DNA of 18,569 nucleotides from an uncultured bacterium (GTDB lineage Bacteria; Lernaellota; Lernaellaia; Lernaellales; Lernaellaceae), in the NCBI GenBank assembly GCA_964534375.1, contig CAZHPN010000128.1, positions 1 to 18,569 on the forward strand. Direction: 5' to 3'. The notes beneath the pieces were generated by a model that saw nothing but the letters and a program-made list of their open reading frames with translations, was not told where the DNA came from and did not search any database. Shown here in pieces: positions 6,968 through 13,737 of this stretch. Position numbers and translations under genes: made by a program. Position 1 is the first letter of the stretch, and the number at the start of each line of letters is the position of its first letter.

Positions 6968-8503
6968 TCAGAACCGCTGGTATTCAAACGGCGTCACCTG
7001 GAAGGATGTCGCCTTGTAAATCGCCAGCATCGCCAGCGCCGCGATCAGCAATTGCACGGGCCACGGCAGGCGCACGAAAACGGCTTTGCTTTTTTCGTAC
7101 CATTTTTCCGGCAGCCACATCCCGCACGCGCCCAGCGCCATGACGCCGACGACCGCCAGCGGCAGGTTCGTCACGCCGAGCAGCGCCTTTTTCAAAAACA
7201 AGGCGTGGTCCATCACGGTTTGCCGCAGATCCTCGCCGTGCGCCAGCGCCCAGCCGAATTTGACGATCAGGAAATTCGGCGCCCCGGCGAGAAACGGCGT
7301 CAAGCGGCTGAGCACGTCGACGAGGTTGCTTACGTCGCGGGCCTTGTAAAAGACCCAGGTGAACGCGAGGAATTGAAACGTCGTGAACACGTCGACGAAG
7401 TAGAGGAACTTCGACTCGCCCGGCAGGTAGTCCAGCGGGCCTTTCTTGCCTTGGAAGAGACGGGTGACGACGAGGCCCAGGCCGAACGACACGCCCATCA
7501 GGACGTAGGTCCATGCGGCGCCGTGCCACAGGCCCGCAAGCACCATGGTGATCATCAAATTGCGATAGAGCTTCCAGGAATGCGAGACGCGGCTGCCCCC
7601 GAGCGGGATATACAGATAGTCTTGCAGCCAGGTCGACAGCGTGATGTGCCAACCGCGCCAGAACGCCCGATTGTTCCGCGCCTTGAACGGAAAGTGGAAA
7701 TTGTCGGGCAACTGGAGGCCGAACAGCAACGCGATGCCGATGACGATGTCCATGTAGCCGGAGAAATCGCAATACAGTTGCAGCACCGAGCCGTACACCG
7801 CGGCCAACGCCTCCGTCGCCGAGTACATCGTCGGCAAGTCGAGCACCTTGTCGACCAGGTTCAGCCGCACGAATTCGGCGAAGATCAGTTTCTTGACGAA
7901 GCCGCAAATCAAGAAAAACAGCGCCAGGCCGAAGCGCTCTTTGGTGAGCCGCGGCGCGGCGTCCAGTTGCGGCAGGAACCGGCCGGCGCGGACGATCGGC
8001 CCGACGACCATGCGGGGGAAGAAGGCGATGTACAGCAGGTAGTCGAGCGGTTTTTCGCACGGCTCGATCTTGCGGCGGTAGACGTCGACGATGTAGCTGA
8101 TCGTCTGAAACACGAAGAACGAAATGCCCAGCGGCTGCGGGATCGGCAAATTGAAACGGCGCCAATCGACGCCGAAGAGCGCCGCGGCGTCGGCCGGCGC
8201 ATTCAAAAAGAAATTGGTGTACTTGAAAAAGACCAGCAACGACAGGCTCGACACGATGCTCGCCGCCGTCAGCCATTTGCGCGTTCGCGGGTTCGTCGCC
8301 CGGGCGATCCGGCCGCCCAGCCAGAAATCGAGTAGCGATACGTAGAGCAGCAGAATCAGGAACCACGGATTCGCCGAGGCGTAGAAGACGTAGCTGGCGG
8401 CGATCAACACCAGGACGCGGGCCGTCCGGTTCCGGTGGACCGCCCAAAACGCGGCCAACGTCACGACCATTAAGATGGCGAAAGGAAGCGTGGTGAAGTT
8501 CAT
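6968..8503 (-). CDS. MBOAT family O-acyltransferase (AlgI/PatA/DltB type)
   Basis: PLGISFFVFQTISY, QLYCDFSGY.D, FWRGWHITLSTWLQDYLYIPLGG, and LAGLWHGA with the catalytic His. Start set at ATG 8503 (MNFTT). Confidence 0.95.
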   Translation of the reverse strand: MNFTTLPFAILMVVTLAAFWAVHRNRTARVLVLIAASYVFYASANPWFLILLLYVSLLDFWLGGRIARATNPRTRKWLTAASIVSSLSLLVFFKYTNFFLNAPADAAALFGVDWRRFNLPIPQPLGISFFVFQTISYIVDVYRRKIEPCEKPLDYLLYIAFFPRMVVGPIVRAGRFLPQLDAAPRLTKERFGLALFFLICGFVKKLIFAEFVRLNLVDKVLDLPTMYSATEALAAVYGSVLQLYCDFSGYMDIVIGIALLFGLQLPDNFHFPFKARNNRAFWRGWHITLSTWLQDYLYIPLGGSRVSHSWKLYRNLMITMVLAGLWHGAAWTYVLMGVSFGLGLVVTRLFQGKKGPLDYLPGESKFLYFVDVFTTFQFLAFTWVFYKARDVSNLVDVLSRLTPFLAGAPNFLIVKFGWALAHGEDLRQTVMDHALFLKKALLGVTNLPLAVVGVMALGACGMWLPEKWYEKSKAVFVRLPWPVQLLIAALAMLAIYKATSFQVTPFEYQRF

Positions 8504-8677
8504 CGATTTTTCCGTTCGCAAAATCGGCCGCGGCTCCGGCCGGAATGGCGAAATTCAAGTCTGGATTGCGCCGCGTTGCAAGCCCCGACCGGGCGAAATG
8601 CGAAAAATGCTTGAATTGCGCGGTCGCGGGGCGTAAGAAAAGACGCCGCCGGCCGAGGCGGCACGAGAAGGAAATTG

Positions 8678-9208
8678 GTGAAAGTCCGCCGCAAGAAAAA
8701 GACCGTTCGCACCGCAAACCGGCCCGGCCGCGGGCTGTTCGCGGCGGCCGTCGCCTGGCTGCGCGCGCGTTTTGCGCCGCCGCCGAAACTGCGCGTCGTG
8801 CTCGACACCAACGTGCTGGTCAGCGGCCTGTTGCCGAACAACGAGCCGCCGGCTTGCATTCTGCGGCAGGTTTACGACGGCAAGTTGATCTGGCTCATTT
8901 CGCCCGGCGCGCGCCGCGAAGTCGAGTTGGTGCTGACGAACAACGACTTGCGCGGGGTGGGCGCGATCCCGGCAGCGGCGAAGGCGCGGTTGCGCACGGC
9001 CCTGCGCAATTTGGCCGCGACGATGCCGAATTCGCCGTTGCCGCGGCCGGTCGCCGAGCACGAGGCCGACGACAAGTTCATCGCCGCCGCGGTCGCCGGG
9101 AAGGCCGATTTTTTGATTTCGGACGACCGCCATTTGTTGCACGTGAAGCGTCATCGCGGCGTGAAGATCGTCAGCGCGGCGCAGTTCTGGCGGCGGTTCG
9201 GCGACTGA
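8678..9208 (+). CDS. PIN-domain protein (putative toxin, PIN_3/TIGR00305-like)
   Basis: VVLDTNVLVSGL...E.E...DDKFIAAAVAGKADFLISDDRHLL. AAGGA SD before TTG 8675 / GTG 8678. Confidence 0.85.
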   Translation: MKVRRKKKTVRTANRPGRGLFAAAVAWLRARFAPPPKLRVVLDTNVLVSGLLPNNEPPACILRQVYDGKLIWLISPGARREVELVLTNNDLRGVGAIPAAAKARLRTALRNLAATMPNSPLPRPVAEHEADDKFIAAAVAGKADFLISDDRHLLHVKRHRGVKIVSAAQFWRRFGD

Positions 9209-9331
9209 GTTTTAGCTGTGAAAGCGCACCAACGCGCCTAGCCCCAGCATGGCGGCGATCGCCGCGACGTGCAGGATCCACCAGCCCGGTTTGCCGAATG
9301 CGATGTAGCGCAGCATGATTTTGCCTTTCGC

Positions 9332-9856
9332 TTATTGAAAGATGAAGACGCCGGCGGTATAGACGCCGCCCATCGCGGCCAGATGAATTCCCCACCACCC
9401 CGGCCGCAGAAAGCGCCACCATGCGGCGCGTTTGCTCGGGTCGTCGAAGCCGCGTTGGGCCAGGCGATCGGCGTCGAACTCGAACAGCAGTTGGCCCAGC
9501 ACCCATTTCCCGCACGCCAGGAGCGAATCCGGCAGCGTGCCGTTGATGAAGATGGATTTGGCGAAATGCGCCGCGCTGGCGTGGGCGATCATGATGTGCG
9601 TCATGGCGATCGCGCCGACGATCGCCGTCATGCCGTTGAGAAGCTGCGCCAGATCCGAACGCCGGCCCGCGGCGAACAACCACGGGACCACGATGATGGA
9701 AATCACCGCCGCGCACAGCGGCACGAGGCCGTACGGCACGAATACGTCGTTCTTGACGATCCAGTGCGCCCGAAAATGAATCAGGAAGCCGCCCGAGCCC
9801 GAGAGCACGATTCCCGCAATGGCCAAGGCGCGCACGCGGCCGGTCACCGTCAGCAT
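9332..9856 (-). CDS. Hypothetical integral membrane protein (about 4-5 TM), His-rich
   Basis: Hydrophobic segments, purine-rich SD (AAGAGGGGG), and it fills the gap between neighbouring genes. Confidence 0.7.
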   Translation of the reverse strand: MLTVTGRVRALAIAGIVLSGSGGFLIHFRAHWIVKNDVFVPYGLVPLCAAVISIIVVPWLFAAGRRSDLAQLLNGMTAIVGAIAMTHIMIAHASAAHFAKSIFINGTLPDSLLACGKWVLGQLLFEFDADRLAQRGFDDPSKRAAWWRFLRPGWWGIHLAAMGGVYTAGVFIFQ

Positions 9857-9931
9857 TTCGCCGCCCCCTCTTGGTCTGGAAGTTGAACCCGCAAACGATT
9901 TGATTAACCTTTAACCACGGAGGCCAACGCC

Positions 9932-10122
9932 GTGAAGCTGAAGCTGCAAACGTTTCAGATTGGAAGCCCGCGGCGCTCGGACGAGGGTCTGCGGCTCGCG
10001 ACGGCGCGGTTCTTGCCGCGCGGCGTGAAAAAGACCGATTACGCGCGGCGCGATTACTTCGACGTCTGGCTGCCGCTGCTGGCGCCCAGTTGATTGAAGC
10101 TGCGGCGAAAGAAGCGAAATGA
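9932..10122 (+). pseudogene. DUF488/YeaO-like protein, internally deleted and frameshifted
   Basis: GGAGG SD then GTG 9932: MKLKLQTFQIGSPRRSDEGLRLATARFLPRGVKKTDYARRDYFDVWLPLLAPS* (stop 10091-10093). G.R...R..PRG..K.....D.W...LAPS is the YeaO/DUF488 N-terminal signature. Tail LIEAAAKEAK* lies in the -1 frame (10090-10122). Confidence 0.75.
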
Positions 10123-10126
10123 CCGC

Positions 10127-10154
10127 GCCGACCGGCGGGACGCCGTCGGTCGGC
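10127..10154. terminator. GC-rich hairpin after the DUF488 remnant, possible terminator
   Basis: GCCGACC-GGCG-gga-CGCC-gtc-GGTCGGC stem with a bulge. No strong U tract. Confidence 0.3.
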
Positions 10155-10160
10155 AGACTT

Positions 10161-10178
10161 AATCTGTGAAATCTGTGG
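10161..10178. repeat. 9-bp tandem repeat AATCTGTG(A/G) x2
   Basis: AATCTGTGA AATCTGTGG, preceded by the partly complementary GCAGACTT. Confidence 0.5.
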
Positions 10179-10238
10179 ACGCCTGATCATCCTTCGCCGC
10201 CTTTTCAGCCGGCGCGGAAAACTGTAAACAAGGGAACC

Positions 10239-11246
10239 ATGAACGTTCTGGGCATTGAGACCAGTTGCGATGACTCCTCCGCCGCGGTCGTGGTCGACGG
10301 TCGCACGGTGCGTTCGTGCGTCACCAGCAGCCAGGACAGTTTCCACCGGCGGTTCGGCGGCGTCGTGCCGGAAATCGCCAGCCGCGCCCACATGGAGGCG
10401 ATCGACGTCGTCTGCGCCGACGCGCTCGAACAGGCCGGCCTGACGCCGGCGCAGATCGACGCCGTCGCCGTGACCAACGGCCCGGGCCTCGTCGGTTCGC
10501 TGCTCGTCGGCGTCGGCTTCGCCAAGGGCTTCGCCTACACGCGCGGCCTGCCGTTTCTCGGCGTCAACCATCTCGAAGGCCACATCGCCGCGGCGTTTCT
10601 CGATAGCGAGGCGCCGACCTTCCCCTTCGTCGCGCTGGTCGTCTCCGGCGGCCATTCGCACCTTTACGAGGTGGTCGATTTCTTCCGCATGCGGCTGCTC
10701 GGCCAGACCGTCGACGACGCGGCCGGCGAGGCCTTCGACAAGGCCGCCAAGCTGCTCGGGCTCGGTTTTCCCGGCGGCCCGGCCATCGACCGCGCGGCGC
10801 AGCAGGGCGACCCCGCGGCCTGCCGTTTGCCGCGGCCGATGTTGCACAGCGACGATTTGGCGATGAGCTTCAGCGGCCTGAAAACGGCCATCCGGCGCCT
10901 GATCGAGGACGCCGGCGGTCTGGCCGGTCTTTCGACGCCCGACCTCGCGGCGTCGTTTCAGGCGGCGGTGGTCGACGTGCTGGTGGGCAAGGCGCTCGCA
11001 GCGCTCGAACGCACGGGCATTCCGCGGCTGGTGATCTGCGGCGGCGTCTCGGCCAACCGCCGGCTGCGCGAGCAGGCCGCCGCCGCGTGCAACCGGCGCG
11101 GCATGGCGCTGACCGTCCCGGCGCCGGCCTATTGCACGGACAACGCGGCGATGATCGCCGCGGCCGGCTATCGCCGTCTGGCGGCCGGCGAACGCTCGGC
11201 GTTGACGCTCAACGGCTACGCCTCGCTGGCCGAGGCCCCGCGATGA
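10239..11246 (+). CDS. tsaD: tRNA N6-adenosine threonylcarbamoyltransferase TsaD
   Basis: LGIETSCDD, GGVVPEIASRAH, GPGL.GSL, NHLEGH, VSGGHS, DDAAGEAFDK, SFSGLKTA, CTDNAAMIA. Confidence 0.98.
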   Translation: MNVLGIETSCDDSSAAVVVDGRTVRSCVTSSQDSFHRRFGGVVPEIASRAHMEAIDVVCADALEQAGLTPAQIDAVAVTNGPGLVGSLLVGVGFAKGFAYTRGLPFLGVNHLEGHIAAAFLDSEAPTFPFVALVVSGGHSHLYEVVDFFRMRLLGQTVDDAAGEAFDKAAKLLGLGFPGGPAIDRAAQQGDPAACRLPRPMLHSDDLAMSFSGLKTAIRRLIEDAGGLAGLSTPDLAASFQAAVVDVLVGKALAALERTGIPRLVICGGVSANRRLREQAAAACNRRGMALTVPAPAYCTDNAAMIAAAGYRRLAAGERSALTLNGYASLAEAPR

Positions 11247-11719
11247 ACTGGTTCAAGGCCAAGGCGCACGATTTTTACGAGCAGTTCATCAGCATGCAGG
11301 GTTCGCCGGCGGTGATTGCGCGGTCGTTCGCGGTCGGCTTCTGGGTCGCCTGGTTTCCGCTCATCGGCACGCACAGCCTCGTGTCGCTGGCGAGTGGCTT
11401 TCTTCTTCGGGCCAAATTACCGGCCGTTTACCTCGGTTCGTGGCTCTGCAACCCGCTGACCATCCCGCCGATGCTCTGGGCCGACTACGCGCTGGGCACA
11501 TGGCTCGTCGGCGGCTCACGCCTCGGCGAGGCGCCGTTCCTCGATCTCACCTTTCGCAAAATGGTCGCGCTCGGTTGGAACATGCTGCTGCCGATGATGC
11601 TCGGCGGCGCGATCCTCGGCCTGTGCACGGCGCTGATCGGCTATTTCCCCATCAAGTTCGCCGTCCTTCGCGTGCGCCGCCGGCAGGCGCGCATCATCAC
11701 CGACCGGGGCCAGGATTGA
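11243..11719 (+). CDS. DUF2062 family membrane protein
   Basis: ATGA overlap with tsaD. SP..IA.SFAVG....FP..G.H, W..NPLT.PP....Y..G..L and a C-terminal TM with basic tail. Confidence 0.85.
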   Translation: MNWFKAKAHDFYEQFISMQGSPAVIARSFAVGFWVAWFPLIGTHSLVSLASGFLLRAKLPAVYLGSWLCNPLTIPPMLWADYALGTWLVGGSRLGEAPFLDLTFRKMVALGWNMLLPMMLGGAILGLCTALIGYFPIKFAVLRVRRRQARIITDRGQD

Positions 11720-12531
11720 GCCTCTCGCCGACGGCCCCGCCGAAACAAAGCCTCGGGCAAAACTACCTCGTCGATCGCAACCTCGCCGCGAAACTGGTCG
11801 CCGCGCTGCCGCTGGCCGCCGGCGAACGGGTCGTCGAGATCGGCGCCGGCACCGGCGCGCTCACCGACCATTTGCTGGCGCGCGGCGCGCGGCCCGTCGC
11901 CGTCGAAATCGACGGCCGGCTGATCCCGCAACTCGCCGAACGCTACGGCGATCGCGTCGCGCTGCTGCACGCCGACATTTTGCAGGTCGATCTGACGGCG
12001 CTGGCCCGCGAACGCGGCGGCCGGCTGGCCGTCGTCGGCAATTTGCCGTTTTATCTGTCGAGCCCGATCCTCTTTCATCTCGTGGCCCATCGCCGCGCGC
12101 TGTCGCAGGCGGCGCTGATTCTGCAACGCGAACTTGTGGACCGCATCTGCGCCGACCCCGGCGGCAAAGAGTACGGCTCGCTCACGATTCATCTCGGGCT
12201 GTTCGCGGCGCGCGAACGCCTGTTCCGCCTGCCGGCGAGCGTTTTTCGCCCGCGGCCGAAAGTGGATGCGGCGGCGCTCCGCCTCGATTTCACGCGGCCG
12301 AGCGCGTTGCTCCCGCGTCAGGAGCGCGACCTCGAACGCGTCGTGCGCGCGGCGTTCGGCCAGCGCCGCAAAACCCTGCGCAATGCCCTGAGCGCCGGCT
12401 TCGGCAAGGAGGTCGCCAACGCACTCCTCGCCGCCGGCGGCATCGACGGCGGCCGCCGTGGCGAGCAGCTTACGGCGGCGGAATACGTGGGGCTGGCGGA
12501 TGCGTTGACGGCGCTCGACGGTGAACAGTAA
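11716..12531 (+). CDS. rsmA: 16S rRNA m6,2A dimethyltransferase RsmA/KsgA
   Basis: TTGA overlap with DUF2062. SLGQNYL, VVEIGAGTGALT, VEID, GNLPF, Q.E...R..A.PG.KEYG.L, F.P.PKVD, FGQRRKTLRNAL, R.EQL. Confidence 0.95.
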   Translation: MSLSPTAPPKQSLGQNYLVDRNLAAKLVAALPLAAGERVVEIGAGTGALTDHLLARGARPVAVEIDGRLIPQLAERYGDRVALLHADILQVDLTALARERGGRLAVVGNLPFYLSSPILFHLVAHRRALSQAALILQRELVDRICADPGGKEYGSLTIHLGLFAARERLFRLPASVFRPRPKVDAAALRLDFTRPSALLPRQERDLERVVRAAFGQRRKTLRNALSAGFGKEVANALLAAGGIDGGRRGEQLTAAEYVGLADALTALDGEQ

Positions 12532-12574
12532 GCCATAGCCCGCCGCGTTACGCGAAACATCAACTCTGGTGCAT

Positions 12575-12600
12575 TGATCCCGATGATCCGGTTGATCCTA
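12575..12600. repeat. 9-bp period repeat TGATCCnnn x3
   Basis: TGATCC at 12575, 12584 and 12593. Confidence 0.55.
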
Positions 12601-12674
12601 TCAGGGAGCTCGTTGCCGGGCGACGGTTCAAGGATCAAAGGTGCTCCGCCACGGGCGTCGTTCTCCGGGTGCGG

Positions 12675-13490
12675 TCACGCCGCTGCGGCGGCAAGCCGGA
12701 CCAAACGATTCACCGCAAAATCCTCCCCGCGGACGGCCATCGCCCGGACCGCCGCGGCCAATTTGCGTCCCAACATCATCTTCGTCTCGCCCACCGCGTG
12801 ATCGCCGTAGCTCGCGACGACCTGGCTCATCCCGGGGGCACCGTGGGTCAACGGGCGAAACGCCCATTCGGCGTAGGCCTCTTTCAACGCCGCCTGGCTC
12901 AGCGGGCACTAGCCGGCGGGATGGCTCTTCCCGGCGCTGACCGACGTCCACGGCGTCAAGCCGCAGTGCGCCACATCCGCGTCGGTGCGCCGGAACCGCG
13001 CCAGGTCGCCCGATGCGAGGACGATGGTGGTCGCGGTGCACGGCCCGGCTTGCGGCAAGGCCGCGATCACGCGCATCAACGGCGTGCGCTGGGACAGCGG
13101 CCACAACTCTCTCTCGTAGCCCTCGATTTGCCGAGCCGCCTCGGCCTCGACCGCCAGCCGCCCGTTCAACGTGCTCCGGAACGGCGCCGGCAGTTCCACC
13201 TGCGCCAGCCACGCGTGACCGGTCGTGCCGAACAGCGAGCGCACCGGCGGCCTGCGGTTGTCCGGCTTGAGCAAGCCGCAGACCAGCCACGGCCAGTTGC
13301 ACCCGGCCTCCACCGCCGCCACGATCCGACCGGGGCAACGTTGCCGCGCCACGTCCAGCGCCTCCCAGGCGTTCGGCGCGTTCGCGCTGCGCCCGACTTC
13401 CCCCGACGAGGCGACGCCGTACAACCACGAGGACGCCGCGTGCAAATCAATCCCCCGATGCGTTGCAATCTTTCTCGGACCGACCTCCTT
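12675..13490 (-). mobile_element. Degenerate IS110-family transposase/recombinase (pseudogene)
   Basis: AAGGAGGT SD (13483-13490) with no intact start codon. GIDLH and AVEAG give the first two DEDD residues. SLFG..G..WL, LP..GP.TA......GD..RF and CGL.P....SAGK follow. In-frame TAG at 12909-12911, with the frame continuing to TGA 12675 (LKEAYAEWA...LGRKLA). Confidence 0.85.
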
Positions 13491-13620
13491 TTTGGTTCCA
13501 TTGGGTTGTACCCCATTTATGCCGACCGTTTCGACGGCCGAGCATCTACGACCGGGAGTCAGTTTTTTCCATGATCTGTCAAAAAAAAACAGCCTGATCC
13601 TTTGGTCGCCGCAATGGCTC

Positions 13621-13650
13621 TTGTTGACCGCGCACACTTGACGATAGAAT
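13621..13650 (+). promoter_or_regulatory. Putative sigma70-type promoter for the ALDH-MoaD-AOR operon
   Basis: TAGAAT at 13645-13650 with TTGACC (15 nt spacer) or TTGTTG (18 nt spacer) upstream. Spacing is not optimal. Confidence 0.4.
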
Positions 13651-13737
13651 CGACGGCAGACATCGCGGATGGGGATGGTCGGCCGCCGAGCCGCGCGGAC
13701 CGACGCGCATGCTGTCCAAAATTCCGGGAGGCGAACC

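Noticed and set aside
8545..8677. Antitoxin ORF upstream of the PIN gene
   Set aside because: The only frame (8545-9318) is an Arg-rich shadow running through the PIN gene, with no RHH, AbrB or HTH features.
9252..9265. Perfect 14-bp palindrome GCGGCGATCGCCGC between convergent genes
   Set aside because: It could aid termination, but such GC palindromes are expected by chance here and there is no U tract.
5526..12911. Genome-wide TAG recoding or pyrrolysine, suggested by two in-frame TAGs (5526-5528 and 12909-12911)
   Set aside because: TAG ends genes at natural positions elsewhere (106, 5325, 15321), the IS110 copy is independently decayed, and no pyl genes are in the window.
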